A stretch of DNA of 33,979 nt from an uncultured Candidatus Saccharibacteria bacterium (GCA_964385145.1 CAYLNC010000003.1:1-33979), one strand, 5' to 3'; positions 16,387 through 25,457 are shown, numbered from the stretch's first letter. Numbers and translations: made by a program. Notes: generated by a model not told the origin, from the letters alone.

Positions 16387-16785
16387 TTTAAAGGTTATTA
16401 CAAGGATTGGTTCTTTCGTTCCCTAAAAGAGCTATCTTTTGTGCTCACTTGCGAGAAAAATGGTCAAAAATGGGAAGGAGCAGAAACTCCTAGGTTTACC
16501 GTTACCTATACTGATCTATATGGTAGGCAACGTCACCACTATCCAGATCTATTTGTAGACAATCATATAGTTGTTGAAGTTAAGCCTGCAAAACATCAAC
16601 GTGGTAAATTGGTACAACTAAAGGCCAAAGCAATGACTGAGTTTTGTAACAAGCATAACTATGTCTACATGATGGTGTCTCCTAGAAGGATTCCTAAAGA
16701 TAAGCTAAAAGAGCTATTTCTTAGTGGATCAATTAAGATCCTAGATGAATACATTCCAGCATTTAAAAGATATTTAGGTTTATGA
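16369..16785 (+). CDS. PD-(D/E)xK nuclease, TnsA-N-terminal-like
   Basis: YPDLFVDNHIVVEVKP matches the D...(D/E)xK core, preceded by FRSLKELSFVL. The ATG at 16369 is preferred over the TTG at 16363. Confidence 0.55.
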   Translation: MPKRFSFKGYYKDWFFRSLKELSFVLTCEKNGQKWEGAETPRFTVTYTDLYGRQRHHYPDLFVDNHIVVEVKPAKHQRGKLVQLKAKAMTEFCNKHNYVYMMVSPRRIPKDKLKELFLSGSIKILDEYIPAFKRYLGL

Positions 16786-17156
16786 ATATTAAAGTTGCTT
16801 CCCAAAATATAGAGCTACATAATAGCCTTTTACTTAAGTCTAAGACACAATACTATGAGTTCAAAGATAAGTATATGTTAAGAACTTATAGCAAAACTGG
16901 GCATAGAACTGAGAGTCTTAGAAAGTTTAATACAGATGAAACAGGCAAGGCTCCTACTTTAGTTTATAACTCCTTTAAGCTCTATGATGAGCGTATTGCA
17001 GTAATGCTTGGATTTACCTTTTGGGCAAAAGCTGAAAACAAATGTGGTATAATCTATGAATTTGTTGATAAGACATACGGCTATGGAAGACCAATAAAGA
17101 GAAGCTTAATCTATAAGGATAGATTAGCTCCAAAGTCTAAGGTAAAGTTGAAATGA
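16782..17156 (+). CDS. Hypothetical protein
   Basis: 124-aa ORF with 4-nt overlaps at both ends. Confidence 0.55.
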   Translation: MNIKVASQNIELHNSLLLKSKTQYYEFKDKYMLRTYSKTGHRTESLRKFNTDETGKAPTLVYNSFKLYDERIAVMLGFTFWAKAENKCGIIYEFVDKTYGYGRPIKRSLIYKDRLAPKSKVKLK

Positions 17157-17722
17157 TAAGGATTGGATTTGTGGGGGTACCAGGTGCAGGTAAGACAACA
17201 ACTGCAAGAGCCCTGGCTGGGATACTTAGACAAGAAACTAACTATAAAACTATTGAATTAGTTTCAGAGTATGCTAGAGCTTACATCCACAAGTATGGTA
17301 GTATTGATTCTGTTTATGATCAGATGCGAATTTTTAATAAGCAACTGGCAGAAGAAAACCAATTTCCCTCGACTATAGATGTTTTGGTTACAGATTCTCC
17401 TATCTTTCTAGGATTTGGCTACGCTTTAGAGCTAAGAAAAGAGAATAATAAAAAAGATACTATGCTTATTAATGATCTCTTTAAAGAGATGAATAAGTGT
17501 AATGATCCTCCTAGATACGACTTTATTTTTCATCTTCCCCCAGTACTTAAGCCAGTAAAAGACGGTATAAGATCAGATCTTCATTTTGATGACAAGTGGA
17601 GAGCAGAGGCAGATAAAAAACTTTTGTCAATTTTTTATGTCTTCAAACCAAAAAATCTTATTACTATCAGTGCTATTAATCTTAGTGATAGACTTAAAGA
17701 AGTAATTAACTACCTAAAATGA
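17153..17722 (+). CDS. P-loop NTPase (AAA_28 / NadR-kinase-like)
   Basis: Walker A GVPGAGKTT followed by LVSEYARAYI. The pattern resembles the NadR C-terminal/AAA_28 family. Substrate is unknown. Confidence 0.5.
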   Translation: MIRIGFVGVPGAGKTTTARALAGILRQETNYKTIELVSEYARAYIHKYGSIDSVYDQMRIFNKQLAEENQFPSTIDVLVTDSPIFLGFGYALELRKENNKKDTMLINDLFKEMNKCNDPPRYDFIFHLPPVLKPVKDGIRSDLHFDDKWRAEADKKLLSIFYVFKPKNLITISAINLSDRLKEVINYLK

Positions 17723-18021
17723 AAGTATATAAGAAGTATTGCAGTATCCATGCAGTTTGCTTAGCTAAAGATTTAGAGTTTTGGATTTGCGTAGGAAATA
17801 ATGGTACAGGATATAACTCAGAAGGCTTAAAAAATATCTTTAGTCTAAGAATATTCAATAAAGGAAAGATTAGTGACTATTTTACTCTTCATTGTAATAG
17901 AGAAAGAGCAGTACACCTAGAAAGAGTAAAAATGTCAGCTGCTACTGGTTCGTATAAAAAAGTAATATTTGTACCTAGAAACACAGTGGATATAGATATG
18001 TGGGAGCTTATTTCGAAATGA
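17719..18021 (+). CDS. Hypothetical protein
   Basis: 100-aa ORF with a 4-nt overlap upstream. Confidence 0.5.
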   Translation: MKVYKKYCSIHAVCLAKDLEFWICVGNNGTGYNSEGLKNIFSLRIFNKGKISDYFTLHCNRERAVHLERVKMSAATGSYKKVIFVPRNTVDIDMWELISK

Positions 18022-18314
18022 AGCTATCTATAAAACGCTCACAGACGCAGTGTCTCTTACTTAGTAATGGAGATGTTATAGTTACCGAGCTTTTTACTAG
18101 TGGAATCTGGGCAGCAGATAGTATTCGTATATGCCAAATGACTATAAAAAAGCCAACAATAGATAAACATCTTCCTTGGTTTAATTTATATCTTGATAAA
18201 CTAGGAGTTCCATTCTGCCGAAGACAGTTTGATTCCTATGGAGCCAGGCCTCTAAACCTATATCCTAGGCATGTTATAAATTCTCAACCCTTTAAAAGAG
18301 TACTAGATGATTGA
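18018..18314 (+). CDS. Hypothetical protein
   Basis: Start moved to the ATG that forms an ATGA overlap with the upstream stop. The track start is 18000. Confidence 0.5.
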   Translation: MKLSIKRSQTQCLLLSNGDVIVTELFTSGIWAADSIRICQMTIKKPTIDKHLPWFNLYLDKLGVPFCRRQFDSYGARPLNLYPRHVINSQPFKRVLDD

Positions 18315-19656
18315 ACTTTCAAATGTAATAACTTTAACAGATCAAGATAGAGAAAGAAATTTAGAGACAGTTCATCTTAACTGTATTGGAGAAAATCCTG
18401 CCTATTCTGTATTTCAAAGGATGTGTCAACTAAAGCCCTGGATGTCTAAGATGGCACCTCCAGATAAAGAGATAATTCTCTTTACTGACAAGAATAAGAT
18501 TTTAACTTGTCCTAGGGGCCTTTTAGGATTACTAGATATAGATTCTCCTATAATTGATTTAACCTCCAATGTTCCTATAGTTGGGTTTACTCCTACCTAT
18601 AAACTTAGAAAGGATCAAGAAGAGGCAGTTGATGCCTTGTTAGATGGAAGATTTGGGATTTTAGAGGCTCCTACTGGTTCTGGAAAGACGTTGATGGGTT
18701 TAGAGATTGCTAACAGATTAAAGCAAAGAACTCTCTTTTTGGTACATACTAAGAGCTTACTAAAGCAGACCATTCAGGAAGTAAAAACAAAGTTAGGCTA
18801 CGATCCTGGAATTATTGGAGATGGTAAATTTATAGTTAAAGACTTTACAGTAGGAACTATTCAAACTCTCTTACGTAAAGATCCTAGTACATATCAAGAT
18901 CTATTTGGCTTAGTGATTCAAGATGAAGCACATCATATTCCGTGCAACTCTTTTACTAAGATTATAAACAGTTTTAGAGCTAAATACGTTTATGGGCTAA
19001 CGGCAACCCCACAAAGAACAGATAAATTAGATTGGGTCCTCTATTCATGTATTGGTCCTAAGGGGTATGTAATAGATAGGAACTCTCTAGTAGATAAAAA
19101 TGCTATTGTTCATCCTCAAATTATTACCCTAAATACTCCCTTTATTCCTTCTAAAGAGTACCAAGAGTTTGATATAGTAGCTCATATTAATGCTCTTACA
19201 AAGGATAATATAAGAAATGCTTTTCTTATCCAGTCTGTAGATAATGTACTAAGACAAAATCCAGACTGTAGACCAGTAATTCTAACAGAGCGAATTGCTC
19301 ATGCTGAATATCTAGCAGAGCAGTTTAGAGGATATAATCCTGTTTTGTATCATGGAAGCTTATCAAAGAAACAGGCAGAAGAAGCTCTGAAAGAAATTAA
19401 ACTAAACTCTAGGCTCACGATTTCCACATATGCTTCTATAGGCGAAGGGTTTGACGTTCCACTTTGGGATACTCTTTTTATAACCACTCCTTTTACCAGT
19501 CCAGTACGGCTTATCCAAATTATTGGAAGAGTTTGTAGAGCTGCAAAAGGAAAGGATACTGCATTTGTCTATGATTTCGTAGATGTAAATGACAATGTAC
19601 TATATAAAAGGTATCTTAAAAGAAAAGGAGTTTACAATTCTTACTTCTCTAAATGA
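18307..19656 (+). CDS. SF2 DEAH-box helicase (Res-subunit / XPB-like)
   Basis: Motif I APTGSGKT, motif II QDEAHH, motif III LTATP, motif VI QIIGRVCR. Confidence 0.8.
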   Translation: MIELSNVITLTDQDRERNLETVHLNCIGENPAYSVFQRMCQLKPWMSKMAPPDKEIILFTDKNKILTCPRGLLGLLDIDSPIIDLTSNVPIVGFTPTYKLRKDQEEAVDALLDGRFGILEAPTGSGKTLMGLEIANRLKQRTLFLVHTKSLLKQTIQEVKTKLGYDPGIIGDGKFIVKDFTVGTIQTLLRKDPSTYQDLFGLVIQDEAHHIPCNSFTKIINSFRAKYVYGLTATPQRTDKLDWVLYSCIGPKGYVIDRNSLVDKNAIVHPQIITLNTPFIPSKEYQEFDIVAHINALTKDNIRNAFLIQSVDNVLRQNPDCRPVILTERIAHAEYLAEQFRGYNPVLYHGSLSKKQAEEALKEIKLNSRLTISTYASIGEGFDVPLWDTLFITTPFTSPVRLIQIIGRVCRAAKGKDTAFVYDFVDVNDNVLYKRYLKRKGVYNSYFSK

Positions 19657-19671
19657 GAACTACAGTAACTA

Positions 19672-19689
19672 TATGAACCACGGTTCATA
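19672..19689. promoter_or_regulatory. 18-bp palindrome TATGAACC-AC-GGTTCATA (operator-like site)
   Basis: Perfect 8+8 inverted repeat with a 2-nt spacer, in the 65-bp spacer upstream of the SD (AAGGAGG) of the 19722 gene. Confidence 0.3.
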
Positions 19690-19721
19690 CTACTAAACTT
19701 ACCGCAAGGAGGTAATGCCCC

Positions 19722-20138
19722 ATGGCAAAGGTAGTAGTTGCACTTTTGGTGTTAACTCTGTCTATGCTTGCGTACGGCTCAAAGTGTACGCGATGTGGTT
19801 ATGAAAAGAAACATACCCACTATCCCGCCTATTCGAGGCAGCTCCAAGAAGTTATAACTATAGCTTCAAAGAGAACCGGTATTCCAGTATCTGAAAAAGA
19901 TAGGGATATTTTAAATAAAATAGTGCGTAAAGAGAATAGACTAGGAGACTTAACTCTTACGTATAATGGATGTTATGGTTTAGGTCAAGGCAAGAAAAGC
20001 ACCTATATTAATAGTGGTGTTCCTTGGAAAACTAAATGTCCTGTAGAACAAGTAAAAATGATTTTGATATATGTAAAGGGAAGATATAAAACCTTCTCTC
20101 GTGCATGGAACCATCATCTAAAGCATAACTGGTACTAA
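19722..20138 (+). CDS. Secreted protein (signal peptide; C-terminus resembles Gram-positive transglycosylase-like/Apf tails)
   Basis: Strong SD. N-terminal hydrophobic segment VVVALLVLTLSMLAYG. C-terminal ...SRAWNHHLKHNWY. Function tentative. Confidence 0.55.
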   Translation: MAKVVVALLVLTLSMLAYGSKCTRCGYEKKHTHYPAYSRQLQEVITIASKRTGIPVSEKDRDILNKIVRKENRLGDLTLTYNGCYGLGQGKKSTYINSGVPWKTKCPVEQVKMILIYVKGRYKTFSRAWNHHLKHNWY

Positions 20139-20141
20139 AGT

Positions 20142-20525
20142 ATGGCAAACGACTCTACTGAACTAACAATTCCGATTGAAAAGAATCCTCATTTTACTCT
20201 ACAAAATGATCTAGATTCTGAGACTAACGTTTGGGGTTTGGACTATTTTCCTCACTATGGAATGATTGCTGCCCAGCCCTCTGCCCTCTGTATTCCCGCC
20301 ATTACTATGGCTTGCTTTAATCCTGCCTCTATTCCTTTTCTTGAGAAAGTAAAGGTTGGAGACTTTATTAATGCAACTGCGGATATTCACCATCCTATCT
20401 TTACTGCGTGGAATCCTCCTAAGGATTATATGCTTGAAGAGGGATTTCAAAAGATGTATGTTGTTAAGAACGTTGATGAGGATGCTTTGGGCTTCCCAAT
20501 CATCGTTGCTGAGGAGGCTCTCTAA
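20142..20525 (+). CDS. Hypothetical protein
   Basis: 127-aa ORF. No motif recognised. Confidence 0.55.
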   Translation: MANDSTELTIPIEKNPHFTLQNDLDSETNVWGLDYFPHYGMIAAQPSALCIPAITMACFNPASIPFLEKVKVGDFINATADIHHPIFTAWNPPKDYMLEEGFQKMYVVKNVDEDALGFPIIVAEEAL

Positions 20526-21121
20526 TGGCAGCTAATGCCCTACTTGAAGGTTATAAGAAGACAAAGGAGAAGCTTGATAATTGGCCACTAATGTCTTGTT
20601 CTCATGAGGAGAAGGTAGAGTGGTTTAGGGATGTTATCGGTGCCCGAATTACCCAGGTTCTTCTCTCTAATGATCGAGTAACCGAGATTGTAGTAGTTGA
20701 TGATCTCTATGATGTGGCTTCAGAGGCTCTGGAAGATATGCCTCTTCCAGACTCCTTCCCGGATCAGCAGAATATTACTAGAGATCAGCTAGCTAGAGAA
20801 TTTTCTAACTTTTGTAAGGGTCTTGTTATAAGAACTGCTACCCTAGAAAGCATGTATACGGAGAATGATGATGTTCCTCCGGATCTGCAATTTATTGGGC
20901 TAGTAACAGAAGGAATGAGAATTCGAAGATTCATCGAAGACTGGGATAGAAGTATTGGGTTTACTGCTGGCCTTCGGGCAGTTGGTTGTCCGTTTAACTT
21001 CTCCTTTGAGGAGCTAAAGCTTCTATTTGGCTTCTCGCACCTAATGCGAAGTATCGCACAGCGTGTTGGTGAAGGCTATCAGCCTCAGCCCGAAAACGCT
21101 AACGAGTTCAAGATTGGTTAA
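20525..21121 (+). CDS. Hypothetical protein
   Basis: 198-aa ORF with TAATG overlap upstream. No motif recognised. Confidence 0.55.
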   Translation: MAANALLEGYKKTKEKLDNWPLMSCSHEEKVEWFRDVIGARITQVLLSNDRVTEIVVVDDLYDVASEALEDMPLPDSFPDQQNITRDQLAREFSNFCKGLVIRTATLESMYTENDDVPPDLQFIGLVTEGMRIRRFIEDWDRSIGFTAGLRAVGCPFNFSFEELKLLFGFSHLMRSIAQRVGEGYQPQPENANEFKIG

Positions 21122-21124
21122 ACC

Positions 21125-21154
21125 AGGTGAGCCCTAGGGCTCACCTTTCTTTTT
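21125..21154 (+). terminator. Rho-independent terminator
   Basis: Perfect 22-nt palindrome AGGTGAGCCCT/AGGGCTCACCT (21125-21146), followed by TTCTTTTT that abuts the next ATG. Confidence 0.75.
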
Positions 21155-22396
21155 ATGGATAGCATCACTCATACCACAGCAGCTTCTTATCAACCATTTA
21201 GCTCGGAAACCCGAGTAAAAGATTTTGAAATTCCTAAATATTTAACCTTTGGTGGTACTATGATTAAAGTACCCAAAGGCCTCCATCAAAAAGATATTCA
21301 TTACCTTCTTGATGAACTTGGAAAGCCAGTAAGATGCGCCTGGATTTCCAAGCCTATTGCCCACCTTCTTAACTCTATGAGGTTTGAGAACTCAGATCTT
21401 AGAGTTAGAGAGCTTGAAAGAGCTATTGATGCTGTAGATGTAGAAATCCAAAACTTAGTTAGAGTAGGAGTTCTTAAGGACAAACATGGCCCTGGAGCCA
21501 TGAGCTTCTGTCAGACCCATGAAAATGTTCCTAAGGGGCATATTCTTATCTCCGAACGAACCTTCAAAACTCTTGTAGCAACTAATCCCAAGTGGGAAAA
21601 GACTAAGACGGTAGCTGTAACTAGATTTCCTAATCTAGGCCCTGCTACTACTCAGGAGCTTAGAATTATTGTTAATGCAACTAATGATAAGAAGCCCATT
21701 AGCTCTACTTCTATAGGAGCTCGTCTTCCTAATTTAGCTTCTCTTCTAGAAGAAGTTGAAGACACTATAGATCTTTCTGGGGTGCTAGATCCTTTCTACG
21801 TTAACCAGAAAGACCTAAAGGACGGTTTTCAGGGTGACTGTGATGGTGACCAGCTCTTTATTACTAGAAAGAGAAATGGGTATCCTATCTTTAGAGAAAT
21901 TTCTCTAGTTAGAGAGAGTGCCGATATTAGTGAAGACGATGTAAATCTTCTACTAAAGAAGGCTAATAGGCTAGATAGAAATGATCTTTCTTCTTGGCTA
22001 GGAACTTACTTTGATGATGTTCCTATCGGCCCAGCCACCTATGCCATTAGGTGGATGCTCTTTAACACCCTTCCCAAATATAAGAACTCAGATCATCCTA
22101 TGCATGAGGCATGGAAAGAGATTGCTCCTAGGGCAATTGAGATGATTGAGTTTGTTATGGACATTCGTAAGGGAGAGTGGACTAATCAGCAGATTGAGAC
22201 TAAAATGGCTTATATTAAGGATAAGCAAAAGGAGATTTCTGCTGCCCAAGAGACACAAAATTGGTTTGCTCTAACTGTAACATCTAGTAAGAGTTTTGAA
22301 GTTGCTGAATTTATTAAGCGATTTAGAACTCTTCAAGCTTACATGGATTTTGTAACTGGCCAGACTAATACTATAAGGAGTATGGCAAATGAGTAA
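21155..22396 (+). CDS. Candidate beta-prime-like catalytic double-psi beta-barrel subunit of a divergent RNA polymerase
   Basis: 413-aa ORF. VAVTRFPNLGPATTQELRII (compare [20 protein letters not shown]). About 55 aa later, FYVNQKDLKDGFQGDCDGDQLFI (compare [21 protein letters not shown]). The DCDGD codons are at 21836-21850. The start could instead be the ATG at 21260. Confidence 0.5.
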   Translation: MDSITHTTAASYQPFSSETRVKDFEIPKYLTFGGTMIKVPKGLHQKDIHYLLDELGKPVRCAWISKPIAHLLNSMRFENSDLRVRELERAIDAVDVEIQNLVRVGVLKDKHGPGAMSFCQTHENVPKGHILISERTFKTLVATNPKWEKTKTVAVTRFPNLGPATTQELRIIVNATNDKKPISSTSIGARLPNLASLLEEVEDTIDLSGVLDPFYVNQKDLKDGFQGDCDGDQLFITRKRNGYPIFREISLVRESADISEDDVNLLLKKANRLDRNDLSSWLGTYFDDVPIGPATYAIRWMLFNTLPKYKNSDHPMHEAWKEIAPRAIEMIEFVMDIRKGEWTNQQIETKMAYIKDKQKEISAAQETQNWFALTVTSSKSFEVAEFIKRFRTLQAYMDFVTGQTNTIRSMANE

Positions 22397-22745
22397 AGAC
22401 CCAGATGTAATAACGGTTGAAGAGCTAGCAGATATGTCAACTCAAGAGATTATGGATCTCTTGATGTTTGAATCTTACTGTTTTGTTAATGACGGCCCAA
22501 CATGTCACTGTGGGATTGAAAAGATTGGAGAAGTTTTAGGATATCTTCCAGATCAACTTTGTGAGGGAACTCTAGAAGAGGTTGATTTAAGTTCTCTTAA
22601 CTTTGAAACACAAGTTTCTGGGCTCTGTCCTTGTCAAGAAGCACATTTCTTTACTCTTAAGGTGGAAAATGGAGTAGCATCCTGGATACCTTCTGAGGGC
22701 AAATTGATGTGTGGAAATAGTCGAATTCGTATACCAAATAGATAA
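22389..22745 (+). CDS. Small acidic Cys-containing protein (possible zinc-binding)
   Basis: 118-aa ORF with SD AGGAG upstream. Cys pairs CHCG and CPCQ. Confidence 0.55.
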   Translation: MSKDPDVITVEELADMSTQEIMDLLMFESYCFVNDGPTCHCGIEKIGEVLGYLPDQLCEGTLEEVDLSSLNFETQVSGLCPCQEAHFFTLKVENGVASWIPSEGKLMCGNSRIRIPNR

Positions 22746-24136
22746 TGGCATCACTTTATAGATTAGAGCATCGCGTAGTTGGATATTGTACCTTTATTTC
22801 TGTAGTTTGCCGAAGAGGCAATATAGAGGTACGATCCTCGGAAAAGGCCATTCCTCCTATCTTTGAGTATAGTGTAGATGGCTCCTTCCGAATTGTTGGA
22901 CCTAGGGAGGTAGTGAGTAGCCTTAAGAGCCATCCATATAAGCCAAATTCTCCTGAGTTTAGTAAGCAGAGACTTGCTGATCTAGAAGTCTCTATGCTCT
23001 ATAAGCATCTAGAGAATTTTCCTACTCTTTCTACTATCTATGAAGATGGTAAGACAAAGCCCCACCCTCTTACAGAGTATCTCTATAGCCAGATGGTCTA
23101 TCTTAGGCCAGATTCTGATCTAGCCGCTAAGCTAAATAAGCTTACGTATGTTCAAAAGACGGAAAGCCTTCCTCTTATTTTAGAGAAGCTAGCTGCTAAT
23201 GTAGAGAAGAAAACTGGAATAAAGATTGATCTTTTTTCGGTTCCCAAGAGAAAGGTTGGAACTTTTGCCTATATTGGAGATGTTGATGGAATAGCAAAGG
23301 TTGCCAAAACTTTTGCTTTTGGTTTCCATAATATTATTCCTTGTGATAGGATTGCTAGAGAGCTCTCCTCTCTAAAGAGTGCAGAAAAGTTTTCTAATCC
23401 ACAAGAAGTTCCTTACGATCTTCCAGATGAGATACGACCCTATGTTTCTATGCTTAGGGTTGGTATAGTTGGAGTTAAACACTCTATGCTAGATGGAGCA
23501 GATCTCTATAAATCTGGTCTAAATAAGATTGCCTCTAGGCTTTCTAGAAAGAAGATTACCAGAGATATTACTTCTGTTCCTAAGGAAAAAAGAAATATAG
23601 TTGCTAAGCCCTTTAGGGCTGGTATCGAGATTTACCATGAGGATGAAACTGTGGTTGATGAGCTAGAGTCAAGTCCTGGCGGTATTAGACTAGTTTTTCC
23701 TGGTGGAGTTAAGGTTGTAGCTGGACTAAGTAATAGTACGGCTAGAGATGCAAAAGGAAAGAGTATTGATGCTCTTATGAGCTTTGAGACTTTTGCTAAG
23801 AAGGGAGCATTAGCTTGCTTTGTTATGAGCCCTGAAAATGCACTAAAGAACCTAACTCTTGATGAGGCTACTGAACTCTTTATGGCTAAGCCTAAAGAGA
23901 AAATAGTAGTAGATGGAGTTGAGTACCTAGGCTACATTGTAGACCTTCCCGTCATTAGGCCGGGACAGCGGTACACCGAGTTGTCAAAGGTTAGTAATAG
24001 CATTACTACTGACCTTATTGCTAAAGCAATTTTGAAGGCAGAATATAAGGTTTCTGATTCTAAGGAAGAAGAATACCTTGATCTTGTCCATTTTCGAAAT
24101 GCATTAGTTAAAGAAATCTCTAAGCTATCTAGATAA
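22745..24136 (+). CDS. Hypothetical protein; weak candidate beta-like barrel partner of the 21155 ORF
   Basis: 463-aa ORF with TAATG overlap upstream. FPGGVKVVAGLSNSTARDAKGKSIDALMSFETFAKKGA loosely resembles beta GDKxAGRHGNKG...VDIVLNPLGVPSRMNIGQ. The function call is speculative. Confidence 0.3.
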   Translation: MASLYRLEHRVVGYCTFISVVCRRGNIEVRSSEKAIPPIFEYSVDGSFRIVGPREVVSSLKSHPYKPNSPEFSKQRLADLEVSMLYKHLENFPTLSTIYEDGKTKPHPLTEYLYSQMVYLRPDSDLAAKLNKLTYVQKTESLPLILEKLAANVEKKTGIKIDLFSVPKRKVGTFAYIGDVDGIAKVAKTFAFGFHNIIPCDRIARELSSLKSAEKFSNPQEVPYDLPDEIRPYVSMLRVGIVGVKHSMLDGADLYKSGLNKIASRLSRKKITRDITSVPKEKRNIVAKPFRAGIEIYHEDETVVDELESSPGGIRLVFPGGVKVVAGLSNSTARDAKGKSIDALMSFETFAKKGALACFVMSPENALKNLTLDEATELFMAKPKEKIVVDGVEYLGYIVDLPVIRPGQRYTELSKVSNSITTDLIAKAILKAEYKVSDSKEEEYLDLVHFRNALVKEISKLSR

Positions 24137-24143
24137 CAAAAGC

Positions 24144-25454
24144 ATGAAACAGATACACGTTGATGATCTCACCCCTATCTCGCTTCGTCAAGCGAGTACG
24201 ATTTGTTTCGAACAGTTCCTTGCCGAAAAACGGAGTGGTGTTCGTATTACTCCAATTTTCCTTGGAGCTCCTGGTCAGGGCAAGACTGCCATTGTTGAGG
24301 ACTTTGCTCAGTATCTCAACAACAATAAGGAGCTTTATCGAGAAGCTCTAATTAATCGCTGCCTTGCTAATGGTAAGACTCAGAAGGAAGCAGAAGAAAT
24401 TGCTAATCAGGATTGGGTTTGTATTAGCTACCGCTTAGCTCAGTGCGACCCTACTGACTTGAAGGGTGTTCCTGTTTATACTTCTATTGACGGAGCAGAG
24501 ATGTGTACTTTTGCTCCTCCTATGGTATTCCCTATGGAAGGCCTAAAGAATAGTGCTCATGGAAAGAATGTTCTTATCTTTCTTGATGAGGTTCCTCAGG
24601 CAAACCCCTCTATTCAGAATCTTGCTGCAAACATTATTGATGGTAAGGTTGGTGACTATACCATTGATATTTGCCGATCCTTTATCGTTTGTGCAGGTAA
24701 CCGAAAAGAGGACAAAGCGGCCACCTATGATATTCCTCGGAATGTAGGTAACCGTCTTGTGAAATTTAATGTTCGTACTACTTTTCCTGAGTGGGAAGAG
24801 TGGGCTATCAATCATGATATTAATCCTCTTGTTGTTGGCTTCTTGAAGTCTAATCAAAACTTCTTTAATGAGGCTATTCCAGATAATGGTTACACTTATG
24901 GTACCCCTCGATCCTGGCACAAGCTGTCTTGTCAGGTTAACTCTCTTGGTGAGGACTTTCTTACTAAGGAAAGCTATCCTCTATATATGATTCAGGGTAC
25001 TGTTGGTATGGCTAGTGCCAATATTTTCTACCAGTATGCTAAGACTGTTAAGAATAAGTACGCTATTGAGGACATTATTGATGGTAAGGCTGTTAGTGTT
25101 CCTTCTAAGGAGGAACGAGATATGCTTTATTCTATTGTCCTTCAGGGTGTCTATACTATTAACAACTGGGTACTTGAGGCAATTAGTGATGCCAACTATC
25201 AGACTGCTAAGACACCAGATCGAAACGAGGCCTTTATAAAGGCTTTGGGTCCCAGACGAGTTAATGGTATTAGCAATATTTATCTTTGGCTCGACCAACC
25301 TGGAATCGACCCTGCCTTTAAGGTTCTTATCAATAAGTATCAGCGTGATGAAATTAAGTCTCCGCTTCGAGGAGCTATGTCGTCTCGCCCCGAATTTAAG
25401 GATGCATTTAAGAGCTATACGGAAATCGTTAAGGCTCTTGCACGTTCGCACTAA
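24144..25454 (+). CDS. MoxR/AAA_5-type AAA+ ATPase
   Basis: 436-aa ORF. Walker A GAPGQGKT and Walker B VLIFLDEV. Paired with a downstream vWA protein, like the CbbQ/NorQ/CobS-type modules. Confidence 0.75.
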   Translation: MKQIHVDDLTPISLRQASTICFEQFLAEKRSGVRITPIFLGAPGQGKTAIVEDFAQYLNNNKELYREALINRCLANGKTQKEAEEIANQDWVCISYRLAQCDPTDLKGVPVYTSIDGAEMCTFAPPMVFPMEGLKNSAHGKNVLIFLDEVPQANPSIQNLAANIIDGKVGDYTIDICRSFIVCAGNRKEDKAATYDIPRNVGNRLVKFNVRTTFPEWEEWAINHDINPLVVGFLKSNQNFFNEAIPDNGYTYGTPRSWHKLSCQVNSLGEDFLTKESYPLYMIQGTVGMASANIFYQYAKTVKNKYAIEDIIDGKAVSVPSKEERDMLYSIVLQGVYTINNWVLEAISDANYQTAKTPDRNEAFIKALGPRRVNGISNIYLWLDQPGIDPAFKVLINKYQRDEIKSPLRGAMSSRPEFKDAFKSYTEIVKALARSH

Positions 25455-25457
25455 CCT

